From NCBI GenBank assembly GCA_026989215.1, contig JALSJV010000205.1:1-58831 (forward strand): a stretch of DNA of 58,831 bases, given 5' to 3'. Positions 37,362 through 46,832 of the stretch are shown here, piece after piece. A program made the position numbers and the translations under genes. The notes under the pieces were generated by a model, which was not told the DNA's origin, made no database searches, and worked only from the letters and a program-made list of their open reading frames with translations. Source of the stretch: Acidimicrobiia bacterium (GTDB lineage Bacteria > Actinomycetota > Acidimicrobiia > Spongiisociales > ZC4RG35). How positions within the stretch are numbered: the first letter of the stretch is position 1; each line of letters opens with the position of its first letter.

Positions 37362-38285
37362 TCACACGACGCGGTTCGTCCACTCGCCCCGGCCCCGGAA
37401 GGCGTCGAGGTTGGCGACGAACAGCGGGACGAACCTGGAGGCGAAGCGCGGGGTGAGTCCGGCGATGTGCGGGGTGATCACGACCCGTGGATGGGCCCAG
37501 AGGGGATGGTCGGCAGGAAGCGGCTCGGGGTCGGTGACGTCGAGACCCACCCCGGCGAGCTCGTCGCGCTCCAACGCGGCGAGGAGGGCATCGACGTCCA
37601 CGGCAGATCCCCGGCCGACGTTGATCACCCAGCCGCGTCCGAGCGCCCTGAGGGCCCGGGCGTCGATCACCCTTCGCGTCTCGGCGGTCTCGGGGAGGGC
37701 GACCACCGCGATGTCCGCTTCGGCCAGCACGTCGCCCAGCCGATCCGGCCCCACGACCCGTTCCGCCACCCCCCGGTAGTCGTCGGGCCGCCGCTTCACC
37801 CCGACGACCCGCAGTCCCCAGGCGGCGGCCCGGCGAGCGACCTCCTCCCCGACGGCACCGAGGCCGACGACCGCCATCGTGCGCCCTCCGATCTCCTCCC
37901 CGAGGAGCGGCCGCCACTCCCCGGCCCGACGAACCGAGGCCCCCACGCCCCGGGTCAAGGCGAGCAGCAGGGCGAAAGCATGCTCGGCGACGGCAGGGGC
38001 GTTGACGCCCCGTGCGGAGGTGAGGACGACCCCGGCATCGGCCAACCGATCGAGGGGGAACTGGTCGACACCCGCCGACAGCGACTGGATCCAACGCAGC
38101 GAGGACACCAGATAGTGATCCTCCCAGCGGTAGGTGACCAAGACCGAGGCGGAGGCGAGGGCCGCCGGCAGGTCGGAGTCGTCGGGACACAGCAGTTCGA
38201 CACCGTCGACCCCATCCAGCGCCTCCCGCGTCCCCGGTACGTGCAGGGGGTGGAGCACGACCCGAACGGTGGACGAAGCCGGCAC
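37362..38285 (-). CDS. D-isomer-specific 2-hydroxyacid dehydrogenase family protein
   Basis: ORF 37362..38285. NAD loop VVGLGAVGEEVARR, then the catalytic VGRG...D and TPHIAG. Confidence 0.85.
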   Translation of the reverse strand: MPASSTVRVVLHPLHVPGTREALDGVDGVELLCPDDSDLPAALASASVLVTYRWEDHYLVSSLRWIQSLSAGVDQFPLDRLADAGVVLTSARGVNAPAVAEHAFALLLALTRGVGASVRRAGEWRPLLGEEIGGRTMAVVGLGAVGEEVARRAAAWGLRVVGVKRRPDDYRGVAERVVGPDRLGDVLAEADIAVVALPETAETRRVIDARALRALGRGWVINVGRGSAVDVDALLAALERDELAGVGLDVTDPEPLPADHPLWAHPRVVITPHIAGLTPRFASRFVPLFVANLDAFRGRGEWTNRVV

Positions 38286-38292
38286 CGTCGGC

Positions 38293-38997
38293 TCACCCGC
38301 CGATCGAAGCCTTCACGACGTCGAGGACGTCGCCGATCGCCTCCAGGGTCCTGCCCGACGCCCACACCAGCACGATCACGAGGAACAGGAGGCCGACGGC
38401 GGTGTAGAGCCACCGGAGGCGGTAGATGAGCCGCTGCTCGGGATCTTCGAGGTAGGAGACCTCCCCGGTCTGCCAGCCGACCCCGGCCGCGGTGGGCGTC
38501 GGCGGAGCGACGGCGGGGGTGGAACGAGAGGGCCGACGGAGACGCCGACGGCGTCGCCTCCCCGTCGCCTCCTCCTGGGATCCCGATTCCGGGACCGGGG
38601 AAAGGTCGGTGTCGGGTTCGGTCTCCTCGGTCTGCTCCGAGTCCGCCTCCGAAGGGCTCTCGGGACCCGACGGGGTCTCAAGGCCCGACGGGGCGATGGT
38701 CTGCAGCGACTGCTCGATGGTCGGCGGTGGGGCATCGGCGGGGGGTTCGAGACCGGTGGCTCGGAACAGCTCCGCTTCGTCGAGACCCAAGGCGGCGGCG
38801 ATGGCGGTGACGACGGCCGGGTCGCCGGGCAGGGACGAACCCCGTTCCCATGCCCGGACGGTGGAGGCGGAGCGGCCGACCAGCTCCCCGAGACGGGCCT
38901 GGGACATCCCGGCACGGTCCCGGCCCTCTTTGAGGAGTTGGGCGAAATCGGTGGTGTCCACACCCGCCAGGTTACCGGGACCTCGTCTCTGCACCAC
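38293..38997 (-). CDS. XRE-type helix-turn-helix protein with Pro/Glu-rich linker and C-terminal TM helix
   Basis: ORF 38293..38997. HTH MSQARLGELVGRSASTVRAWERG and TM helix LYTAVGLLFLVIVLVWA. The start could be GTG 38997 or GTG 38961. Confidence 0.7.
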   Translation of the reverse strand: MVQRRGPGNLAGVDTTDFAQLLKEGRDRAGMSQARLGELVGRSASTVRAWERGSSLPGDPAVVTAIAAALGLDEAELFRATGLEPPADAPPPTIEQSLQTIAPSGLETPSGPESPSEADSEQTEETEPDTDLSPVPESGSQEEATGRRRRRRLRRPSRSTPAVAPPTPTAAGVGWQTGEVSYLEDPEQRLIYRLRWLYTAVGLLFLVIVLVWASGRTLEAIGDVLDVVKASIGG

Positions 38998-39020
38998 GCG
39001 CCCCGGCTACCCTGGCCGGC

Positions 39021-39113
39021 GGAGGCGTCTGAGCGCCTGGTGGGCTCCGCGGTCTTCAAAACCGTTGAGGGGACGAGACGTCCCCTGGCGGGTTCGATTC
39101 CCGTCCGCCTCCG
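39021..39113 (+). tRNA. selC: tRNA-Sec (anticodon UCA)
   Basis: Manual fold. Acceptor GGAGGCG/CGCCTCC with discriminator G. Anticodon arm GCGGT-CUUCAAA-ACCGU (U33-UCA-A37). Long variable arm GGGGACG-AGA-CGUCCCC. T arm GGCGGG-UUCGAUU-CCCGUC. The acceptor plus T helix is 13 bp, as required for Sec tRNAs. Total length 93 nt. Confidence 0.8.
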
Positions 39114-41399
39114 CTACTGCCCGACCACCGCTTCGCCGGTGGTCGCCGACTTCCGTTGGGCGTCGGCGACGGCGATGGCGGTCATGTTGACGACGTCACC
39201 CACCTCGGCGTCCCGCTGGAGCACATGGACCGACTTGGCGAGACCGGTGAGGATCGGTCCGATCACCTCCGCCCGTCCCAGCCGGTTGAGGAGCTTGTAG
39301 GCGGCGTTGGCGGCGGTCAAGGTCGGAAACACCAACACGTTGGCCGCCTGATCGAGCGGCCCGTGGGGCCGACGGCGACGCAGCAGCTCGGTGACCACCG
39401 CCGTGTCCGCCTGCATCTCCCCGTCGACGGGGACATCGGGATGGGCCTCTCGGAAGATCTCCACCGCCCGCCGAACCCTGACCGGCTCGTCCCCGATCGC
39501 CGAGCCGAAATCCGAGTAGGAGATCATGGCGACCCGAGGCCGTCGGCCGAACTCCCGGGCCACCTCCACGGCCGCCCCCGCGATCTCCGCCAGCTCGGCG
39601 GCGGACGGCTCGATGTTCACCGCGCAGTCGGTGAAGAAGTAGGTGGAGCCGTGGATCACGACTGCATACACCGCGCTGGCGATCGTCCGGCCCTTCTCCA
39701 GCTTGATGATCTGCAGCGCCGGGCGGATCGTCTCCGGGTAGAAGGTGGTGAGGCCCCCGAGGACGGCGTCGGCATCGCCCTGCTCCACCATCAACGCCGC
39801 GAAGACGTTGGCGTCGAAGACCGCCTTCTGGGCGTCGTCGAGGTCCATGCCCTTGTCCCGCCGCAGCTCGTGGAGCCGCTGCGCGTACCGGGATCGGCGC
39901 TCGTCCTCCGTGACGGGATCGATCACCTCGATCCCGTCGAGGGGGATCCGCAGCTCGTGCGAGAGCTCCCTGATCACCCCCGAGTCGCCGAGCAGCACCG
40001 GAGCGGCGATCCCCTCGTCGGCGACCCGGCGGGCCGCCCTGATGATCCGCAGGTCGCCGCCGTGGGGATACACGACGGTCATCGGGCGCCGTTTCGCCTG
40101 GACGGTCATCGTCTGGATCAGGCTGTAGGTCGCCTGGAACCGTGCCTGGAGCTGCTCCCGATACGAGTCGATGTCGTCGATCGGCGACCGGGCCAGCCCC
40201 TCCTCGCACGCCGCCATCGCCACCGCCGGCGCCACCGTCCACAGGACCCGAGGGTCGAAGGGTTTGGGGATGAGGTAGTCGGGACCGAAGGTCAGCCGGT
40301 CCAACTCGTACGCCTTCAGCACCGACTCGGGGACCGGCTGGCGGGCCAGCTCGGCGAGCGCCCGGGCCGCCGCCACCTTCATCCCTTCGGAGACGCCGGT
40401 GGCGCGCACGTCGAGGGCGCCCCGGAAGATGAAGGGGAAACCCAGGACGTTGTTGACCTGGTTCGGGTAGTCGCTCCGACCCGTGGCCACGATCACGTCG
40501 GGACGGGCCGCCTTGGCGTCTTCGTAGGTGATCTCCGGGTCGGGGTTGGCGAGGGCGAAGACGATCGGGTCGTCGGCCATCGAGCGCACCATGTCGGGTG
40601 TCACCGCCCCGGCGACCGAGACCCCGACGAACGCATCCGCCCCTTCGAGCGCCTCGGCGAGGGTCCGACGGTCGGTGTCCCTGGCGAAGGAGGCCTTGAC
40701 GTCGCTGAGGTCCTCCCGGTCGGTGGTGATCACCCCCCGCGAGTCCACCATCAGGATGTTCTCCGGCTTGACCCCCAGCTCGATGAAGAACCGTGCACAG
40801 GCGATCCCGGCGGCACCGGCTCCGCTGAACACCACCGTCGTGTCCTCGATCCGGCGACCCGTCAGCTCCAAGGCGTTGAGGAAGGCGGCGCCGCTGATGA
40901 TCGCGGTGCCGTGTTGATCGTCGTGGAAGACGGGGATGTCGAGCCGCTCGCGCAGGGTCTGTTCGATGTGGAAACAGTCGGGAGCCTTGATGTCCTCCAG
41001 GTTGATCCCGCCGACCGTCGGCTCCAGCAGCTCGCAGAATCTGATCACGTCTTCGGGATCCTGGGAGGCGACCTCGAGGTCGAACACGTCGATGTCGGCG
41101 AACTTCTTGAAGAGGACGGCCTTGCCCTCCATCACCGGCTTGCCCGCCAGCGGACCAATGTTGCCCAGACCCAGCACGGCGGTCCCGTTGGAGACCACCG
41201 CCACGAGGTTCCCCCGGTTCGTGTACCGGAAGGCGGCGTCGGCGTCCTCGGCGATCACCCGGCAGGGCTCGGCGACGCCCGGCGTGTACGCCAGGCTCAG
41301 ATCCGCCTGGGTGGCCGTCGGTTTGGTCGGCCGGATCTCGATCTTCCCGGGACGGCCACGTTCGTGGTAGTCGAGAGCCTCGGAGAAACGATCGGTCAT
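39114..41399 (-). CDS. maeB: NADP-dependent malic enzyme with C-terminal phosphotransacetylase-like domain
   Basis: ORF 39114..41420 from ATG 41399 ([21 protein letters not shown]). Malic enzyme motifs ([32 protein letters not shown]) followed by a PTA-like domain. Confidence 0.95.
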   Translation of the reverse strand: MTDRFSEALDYHERGRPGKIEIRPTKPTATQADLSLAYTPGVAEPCRVIAEDADAAFRYTNRGNLVAVVSNGTAVLGLGNIGPLAGKPVMEGKAVLFKKFADIDVFDLEVASQDPEDVIRFCELLEPTVGGINLEDIKAPDCFHIEQTLRERLDIPVFHDDQHGTAIISGAAFLNALELTGRRIEDTTVVFSGAGAAGIACARFFIELGVKPENILMVDSRGVITTDREDLSDVKASFARDTDRRTLAEALEGADAFVGVSVAGAVTPDMVRSMADDPIVFALANPDPEITYEDAKAARPDVIVATGRSDYPNQVNNVLGFPFIFRGALDVRATGVSEGMKVAAARALAELARQPVPESVLKAYELDRLTFGPDYLIPKPFDPRVLWTVAPAVAMAACEEGLARSPIDDIDSYREQLQARFQATYSLIQTMTVQAKRRPMTVVYPHGGDLRIIRAARRVADEGIAAPVLLGDSGVIRELSHELRIPLDGIEVIDPVTEDERRSRYAQRLHELRRDKGMDLDDAQKAVFDANVFAALMVEQGDADAVLGGLTTFYPETIRPALQIIKLEKGRTIASAVYAVVIHGSTYFFTDCAVNIEPSAAELAEIAGAAVEVAREFGRRPRVAMISYSDFGSAIGDEPVRVRRAVEIFREAHPDVPVDGEMQADTAVVTELLRRRRPHGPLDQAANVLVFPTLTAANAAYKLLNRLGRAEVIGPILTGLAKSVHVLQRDAEVGDVVNMTAIAVADAQRKSATTGEAVVGQ

Positions 41400-41472
41400 G
41401 TCGGAGTTCCTGGATGGCACGCCCGAACCCTACTCGGCCCCCCTTCGGTTCGGTCCCCGATACGCTCAGAGG

Positions 41473-41598
41473 ATGCGCCACCCCCTCGCGTCGCGACTCT
41501 CGGCGGCGGCCCGTGTGGCGTCGTGGATCCTCGTCGGGGCCGCCCTCGCCGCTCTGGCGGTCGCGCTCGCCGCCGCGGCGTGGGCCCTGCTGTCATGA
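41473..41598 (+). CDS. possible 41-aa single-TM peptide
   Basis: Internal ATG of ORF 41398..41598 (MRHPLASRLSAAARVASWILVGAALAALAVALAAAAWALLS). Weak AGAGG RBS. No homology recognised. Confidence 0.25.
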   Translation: MRHPLASRLSAAARVASWILVGAALAALAVALAAAAWALLS

Positions 41599-41638
41599 GG
41601 GTTCACGACATGGCCGCACATCTGGCACACTGGGAGCG

Positions 41639-41929
41639 ATGACGGAGAAGGAGAACGGCTATCGAGTGCTCGGCGGCTGGCGGGTCGGTCAGCCCCCCGA
41701 GGAATCGACGACGAAATCGGGCCTCCTGGTCCCGGCGGGGACCAAGGAAGGCAACGACGCGTTGGCGCTCATCGACGTGAAGACCGGCCAGCGTTTCTGG
41801 GCGGTACCGACCGGCGCCTGGCGTTTCATCTGGCCGCCCACCGGCAAGCCCGTCATCGCCGTCCGGGAGTCCCAGATCATCGCCGAAGAAGAACTGGACC
41901 ACGTCGGCGACGAAGGGCAGTACCTCTGA
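41639..41929 (+). CDS. hypothetical 96-aa protein, possibly Cpn10/GroES-like fold
   Basis: ATG 41639 (GGGAG RBS) within ORF 41414..41929. The KSGLLVPAGTKEG segment resembles GroES 'GIVIPDTAKEK'. This is a weak call. Confidence 0.45.
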   Translation: MTEKENGYRVLGGWRVGQPPEESTTKSGLLVPAGTKEGNDALALIDVKTGQRFWAVPTGAWRFIWPPTGKPVIAVRESQIIAEEELDHVGDEGQYL

Positions 41930-41981
41930 ACCCCGGCACCATCCCCTCCCCGTTGGCCTCCGGGCGCGATACGGTGAAGGC

Positions 41982-43292
41982 GTGACGATCGAACATCAGG
42001 CCCGCCAGCGACGGCGGCTCACGGCCACGGTCACCGACCTCGAGGTCCGCCGCCAACGCGCCCTCCTGGTCGGGCTGGCGGTCGGGAACTCCGACCTCGA
42101 CGAGCTCTCCCGTTCCCTCACCGAGCTGGCGATGCTCACCGACACGGCCGGATCGGATCCGGCGGAGACCGAGCTGGTCCGCCGCTCCCACATCGATCCG
42201 GCGACGCTCGTCGGCCGAGGCAAAGCCGAGGAGCTCGCACGCCTCGTCGACGCCCTCGACATCGACGTGGTCGTGTTCGACAACGACCTCACCCCGGCCC
42301 AGCAACGGAACCTGCAGAAGCTGTTCGGCTGCGACGTCGTGGACCGCCAGGCGGTGATCCTCGACATCTTCGCCCAGCACGCCACGTCGAAGGCCGGTTC
42401 ACTGCAGGTGGAGCTGGCTCTCCTCCGCTACCACCTTCCCCGCCTCCGCGGCAAGGGCACCGAGCTGAGCCGTCTCGGCGGCGGGATCGGAACCCGGGGT
42501 CCGGGAGAGACCAAGCTCGAGACGGACCGTCGCCGCATCCAGACCCGCATCTCCACCTTGAAGCGGGAACTGTCCCACCTGGAGGAGACCCGCCGAACCC
42601 AGCGCAAGGCGCGCCGTCGCGCCGGTGTCCCGGTGGTCGCCCTGGTCGGATACACGAACGCCGGCAAGTCGACGCTGCTCAACCGCCTCACCTCCGCCGG
42701 GGTCCTGACCGAGGACCGCCTCTTCTCGACCCTCGACTCCACGGTCCGCCGCCTCAGCCTCCCCGACGGACCCGACGTCCTCGTGTCGGACACCGTCGGG
42801 TTCGTCCGACGCCTCCCCCACGAGCTGGTAGAGGCCTTCAAGTCGACCCTCGAAGAGGTCCGCGACGCCGACCTGCTCCTCCACCTCGTCGACGCCTCCG
42901 ACCCCGACCCGGAAGGTCAGATCGCGGCCGTGCGCCTGGTCCTCGCCGAGATCGAGGCCGCGGACGTCCCCGAGCTGCTGGTCCTCAACAAGATCGACCG
43001 GACCCCCGCCCCGGTCCTCTCCCGCCTCCAGAACGTGCATCCGGAGGCGGTGGCGATCTCCGCCCTCACCGGAGACGGGGTCGACGAGCTCGTGGCGACG
43101 GTGGCCGATCGGCTGCGGGATCGCATGGTGCTCGTCCAGCTGCAGGTCCCCTACGAACACGGAGAGGTCACCGCGGCGGCGCATCGTCTCGGCGAGGTGG
43201 TGGCGTGCAAGCACGACGCCGAAGGGACGGTGCTCGACGTCCGCCTCCCACCGGAGGCCCTGGGAACCTTCGAGGAGTACCGGATCGGCTGA
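41982..43292 (+). CDS. hflX: GTPase HflX
   Basis: ORF 41982..43292. HflX N-domain (LQVELALLRYHLPRL, GPGETKLETDRR) and G-motifs GYTNAGKST and DTVGF. Confidence 0.95.
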   Translation: MTIEHQARQRRRLTATVTDLEVRRQRALLVGLAVGNSDLDELSRSLTELAMLTDTAGSDPAETELVRRSHIDPATLVGRGKAEELARLVDALDIDVVVFDNDLTPAQQRNLQKLFGCDVVDRQAVILDIFAQHATSKAGSLQVELALLRYHLPRLRGKGTELSRLGGGIGTRGPGETKLETDRRRIQTRISTLKRELSHLEETRRTQRKARRRAGVPVVALVGYTNAGKSTLLNRLTSAGVLTEDRLFSTLDSTVRRLSLPDGPDVLVSDTVGFVRRLPHELVEAFKSTLEEVRDADLLLHLVDASDPDPEGQIAAVRLVLAEIEAADVPELLVLNKIDRTPAPVLSRLQNVHPEAVAISALTGDGVDELVATVADRLRDRMVLVQLQVPYEHGEVTAAAHRLGEVVACKHDAEGTVLDVRLPPEALGTFEEYRIG

Positions 43293-43297
43293 CGCGT

Positions 43298-43328
43298 CCG
43301 GGCCGCGGCCCCCACGACCGCGGCCCGG
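43298..43328. terminator. bidirectional GC-rich hairpin between convergent genes
   Basis: CCGGGCCGCGG-CCCCCACGA-CCGCGGCCCGG: a perfect 11-bp stem between the hflX stop (43292) and the convergent stop (43347). Confidence 0.6.
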
Positions 43329-43346
43329 AACGTCGGCGCCGTCGAA

Positions 43347-44102
43347 TCAGACTTCGTCGTCGCCGATCGCAGCCCGAAGCGCTCGAACGGCTTCGTGGGC
43401 TGCGTCCCTCGCCCCCCGGAAGGCCTGGCGGGCTTCGACGAGGTCGTCGTGGGCCTCCCGGATGACGCCCTGGGCCGGATCGGGCCAGTCGGACGGGGTG
43501 AGCGGAAGCACCGCCGGGGGCACACCTTCGGCCAGGCCCTCGGCCTCGTCGACGAGCGACTCCATCCGCTCGAGCGCAGTCTCCGCCTCGGAGACGTCGT
43601 AGCCGGCTTCCTCCGCTCTGGCGATCGCATCGGCGATCCTGGCCGCCGCCTCGTCGAAGCGGTCCGCCAGATCGCCCATGGCGTCGGCGATCAGCACCTC
43701 CCGAACCTTGGGGGTGAGGAGCACATACACCCGGTAGTCGGTGGCGATCTTGGGGATGAGAACCCGCAGCTCTTCGGCGGTCTCGGCCGCTTCGATCTCC
43801 TCGGCGAGGCCGCTGAGACCCGTCGCCGCCCGGCTCAGCTCACCGAGGAGGTCCTCGGCGTGTTCGGGTTCGACGTGCTCATTCGACCGAACCTCTTCCT
43901 CCAGCCGGGCGATCCGATCGAGCCGCCGGTCGATGGCTTCGAGGGCCCGGGCCTTGATGCCGGCGAGGTCCCGTTCGGGCCGGATCTCGGACCGTTCGGC
44001 GACGGGTGGCCGGGCCTCTTCGACCTGGGCGACGGCGGCCAGCGGCGTGGCCGCCACCAGGACGAATCCCACGGCCGCGGCGATGATGCTTCGTCTGATC
44101 AT
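43347..44102 (-). CDS. secreted all-helical hypothetical protein
   Basis: C-terminal 251 aa of ORF 43347..45263 from ATG 44102. Signal peptide MIRRSIIAAAVGFVLVAATPLAAVAQ, followed by Ala/Glu/Arg-rich helical sequence. Confidence 0.6.
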   Translation of the reverse strand: MIRRSIIAAAVGFVLVAATPLAAVAQVEEARPPVAERSEIRPERDLAGIKARALEAIDRRLDRIARLEEEVRSNEHVEPEHAEDLLGELSRAATGLSGLAEEIEAAETAEELRVLIPKIATDYRVYVLLTPKVREVLIADAMGDLADRFDEAAARIADAIARAEEAGYDVSEAETALERMESLVDEAEGLAEGVPPAVLPLTPSDWPDPAQGVIREAHDDLVEARQAFRGARDAAHEAVRALRAAIGDDEV

Positions 44103-44404
44103 GGCAGGTCTCCTTCTCCTTCGTTCATGTCGAGGGAGCCCAACGCGTCCTCGACCTCGTCGAAGAGGGCATCGAGCTCGGACAGATCCACGTCGACCTC
44201 GGGGACCGTGGTCGTGGTCGTGGACACCGGCACCGTCGCGGTCGTCGTGACGGCCGAGGCGCCGAACGAACTCGAGACCGACGACGTCCCGTCCGCGGAC
44301 TCCACCACGGTCGCCACCGGGACGACCGGCGACGTCCCCGGCGATCCCCCCGACGTCGCGCAGCCGGCGACCAGCAGGAGGGCCGCTCCGAGGATCCGCT
44401 GCAT
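44099..44404 (-). CDS. small lipoprotein (Thr/Ser/Val-rich)
   Basis: ORF 44099..44404. Canonical lipobox LLLVAGC. ATGA overlap with the downstream gene. Confidence 0.6.
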   Translation of the reverse strand: MQRILGAALLLVAGCATSGGSPGTSPVVPVATVVESADGTSSVSSSFGASAVTTTATVPVSTTTTTVPEVDVDLSELDALFDEVEDALGSLDMNEGEGDLP

Positions 44405-44491
44405 GTTCTGGCTCCTTTCGCCGTCGATGACGACACTCTCGGCGGGAGGGGTCAGACGGCGATGAGCCCGATGTGAAGAAAGTGTGAGGGG

Positions 44492-45232
44492 TCAGCCCCG
44501 GGCGGCCATGGCGGCCCCGACGATGCCCGCCTGGTTGCCGAAGGCGGCCGGGACGATCTCGGTCTCGGCCTCGAGGTACGGACCGAACCGGTCCCATCGT
44601 CGGCTCACCCCACCTCCGATGACGATCAGCTCGGGGGAGAACAGCCGAACCAGATGCTCCAACACCCGGTTCACCCGGGACGCCCACTCCTCCCAGCCGA
44701 GGCGTCGCTCCTCGCGAACCCGGGCCGCCGCCCAATCCTCGACCGGTGCGTGGCCGTCCAGCTCCAGATGCCCGAGCTCGGTGTTGGGGACGAGGACCCC
44801 GTCGGTGAAGAGGGCGCTGCCGATCCCCGTCCCGAAGGTGAGCACCAGCACCACCCCACCCCTCCCCCGAGCGGCCCCGTGGGTGACCTCGGCGACCCCG
44901 GCGGCGTCGGCGTCGTTCACCACCGTGGTGGGCAGACCCGTCGCCGCGGCGAGGAGCGCCTCGGCGTCGGTCCCGATCCAGGCCGAGTCGATGTTGGCGG
45001 CGCTGCAGGCCACGCCCCCGCGAACCACCGCCGGCAGCGTACATCCGACCGGGCCCTCCCATCCGAACCAGGCGGCCATCTGGGCGACGGCGGCGGCGAC
45101 CTGCTCGGGGGTCGCGGGCCGGGGCGTCGGGATCTCGTGGCGATCCGCCAGGAGCCGCCCCCGGGTGACGTCGACGACGTTCCCCTTGATCCCCGACCCG
45201 CCGACGTCGATGCCGAGCACCCGGTCGGTCAT
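44492..45232 (-). CDS. ppgK: ROK-family polyphosphate/ATP glucokinase
   Basis: C-terminal 246 aa of ORF 44492..45937 from ATG 45232 (MTDRVLGIDVGGSGIKG). Contains the TFGTGIGSALF and GHLE motifs. Confidence 0.9.
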   Translation of the reverse strand: MTDRVLGIDVGGSGIKGNVVDVTRGRLLADRHEIPTPRPATPEQVAAAVAQMAAWFGWEGPVGCTLPAVVRGGVACSAANIDSAWIGTDAEALLAAATGLPTTVVNDADAAGVAEVTHGAARGRGGVVLVLTFGTGIGSALFTDGVLVPNTELGHLELDGHAPVEDWAAARVREERRLGWEEWASRVNRVLEHLVRLFSPELIVIGGGVSRRWDRFGPYLEAETEIVPAAFGNQAGIVGAAMAARG

Positions 45233-46683
45233 GCCGGCCTCCTCGGCGGTACGAAACCGGCACCGACCGTGTCGGCGATCGCCACCACCTCGCGATCGCC
45301 GTAGGCCCGACCCACGACCTGGACGCCCACCGGGAGCCCCCTCGCCGTCAGCCCGGCGGGGGCCACCGCCGCCGGCAGGTACGAGACGGTGGCGATCCCC
45401 GCCCAGAACAGCTGGTCCCAGTAGTCGCGGGTCTCGCCGTCGACGACGAGGGTGCGGCTCGACAGCTCGGAGTGGTCGTGGGCGAACGCCGGCAGTGGAG
45501 CGACCGGACAGACCAGCACGTCGTACCGGTCGAAAAACCCCTCCCACTGCGCTCGCAGCCGGTGACGTCGTTCGTCGAGCGCCAGCCAATGTCGGTGACG
45601 CTGGGCGACACCCTTGACGAGGAGGGCCGCGCGGCTGTCGTCGGTGGGATCGAGGGTCTCGACGGCGGCGTCGGCCGATCGACGAACCTCCGCCGGGAAC
45701 CCGGACGCCATCGTCCCGTACAGGAGCGGGAGATACAGCCGGTGCGACGCCGCCAGATCGGGAAGGCCGACGGGTTCCGTCTCGACCCTCGCCCCGGCCT
45801 CCTCCATCCGCCGAACCGTGGCGTCGAGCACCGCCGCCACCTCCCCGCCCACCGGGCACCGGGGATGGTCGAGCACCGCCGCCACCCGGAGGCCGCGGAG
45901 GGTGGCAAACCGAGGTGCGGGCAGCTCGACCCGCCATGCCCGGTCGTCGGGCTCGTCGGGCCCGACGAGGATGCCGAGCGCCAGCGCCAGGTCCCGCGCG
46001 CTCCGAGCGAGCGGTCCGGCCACGGCCAGATCGGCCCGGCTCCGGGTCCCGGGAGGGCCCGGGACGTGGCCCCGCAGCGAGACGACCCCGTAGCTCGGTT
46101 TGAGCCCGTAGACGCCGCAGCAGTGGGCCGGGTGGCGGATCGAGCCTCCGATGTCGCTCCCCACCTCGAGGGGAGTGAACCCGGCCGCGACCGCTGCCGC
46201 GGAGCCTCCACTGGAGCCTCCGGGCGTGAGCTCGGGATCCCAGGGGTTCGCCGTCGTGCCGTACACCTCGTTGTAGGTCTGGAGGTCGCCGGTGAACAGG
46301 GGGACGTTCGTCTTCCCGAACACGATGGCCCCCGCCCTTCGCAGCCGGGCCACCACCGTGGCGTCCCGTTCGGCACGGTTGCGGAGGAGGTCGGGCGAGC
46401 CCGAGGTGGTGACCAGGCCCTCCACGTCGAAGGCCTCCTTCACCGTCATCGGCAGACCGTGGAGCGGACCGGTCCAGTCTCGACGAGCGGCGGCGTCGTC
46501 CGCCCGACCGGCCGCCTCCCGTGCCCGTTCGAAGTCCCGCACCACGACGGCATTGATCACCGAGTCGTCACGTTCGATCCGTGAGATCAGGGTGTCGAGG
46601 AGCTCCCGGCTCGAGATCGTCCGCGCCCGGAGCGCGCCCAGGAGCTCGGTGGCATCGGCGACGGCTACCTCCACGCCCGTCAC
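45229..46683 (-). CDS. amidase (amidase-signature family)
   Basis: ORF 45229..46842, with the start set to GTG 46683 (VTGVEVAVADATELLG). AS motif GGSSGGSAAAVAAG...GSDIGGSIRHPA. ATGA overlap with ppgK. Confidence 0.85.
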   Translation of the reverse strand: MTGVEVAVADATELLGALRARTISSRELLDTLISRIERDDSVINAVVVRDFERAREAAGRADDAAARRDWTGPLHGLPMTVKEAFDVEGLVTTSGSPDLLRNRAERDATVVARLRRAGAIVFGKTNVPLFTGDLQTYNEVYGTTANPWDPELTPGGSSGGSAAAVAAGFTPLEVGSDIGGSIRHPAHCCGVYGLKPSYGVVSLRGHVPGPPGTRSRADLAVAGPLARSARDLALALGILVGPDEPDDRAWRVELPAPRFATLRGLRVAAVLDHPRCPVGGEVAAVLDATVRRMEEAGARVETEPVGLPDLAASHRLYLPLLYGTMASGFPAEVRRSADAAVETLDPTDDSRAALLVKGVAQRHRHWLALDERRHRLRAQWEGFFDRYDVLVCPVAPLPAFAHDHSELSSRTLVVDGETRDYWDQLFWAGIATVSYLPAAVAPAGLTARGLPVGVQVVGRAYGDREVVAIADTVGAGFVPPRRPA

Positions 46684-46721
46684 GCTAGCGCGCCGCCACC
46701 TCGGCTCCTGGAGGCCACCTT

Positions 46722-46774
46722 GCAACCCTGGGTTCCCAGGGGGAGCAGGATCCGCAACCCTGGGTTCCCAGGGG
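46722..46774. repeat. two 21-nt direct repeats GCAACCCTGGGTTCCCAGGGG (32-nt period)
   Basis: Copies at 46722-46742 and 46754-46774 in the amidase/gnd divergent spacer. Each contains ACCCTGGGT and can form a CCCTGG-GTTC-CCAGGG hairpin. Confidence 0.85.
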
Positions 46775-46832
46775 TGACGAGTCCCCCTCCGCACCCACGG
46801 AAGCGCAACGACCCCCGGTACCCTCCCCTCCG

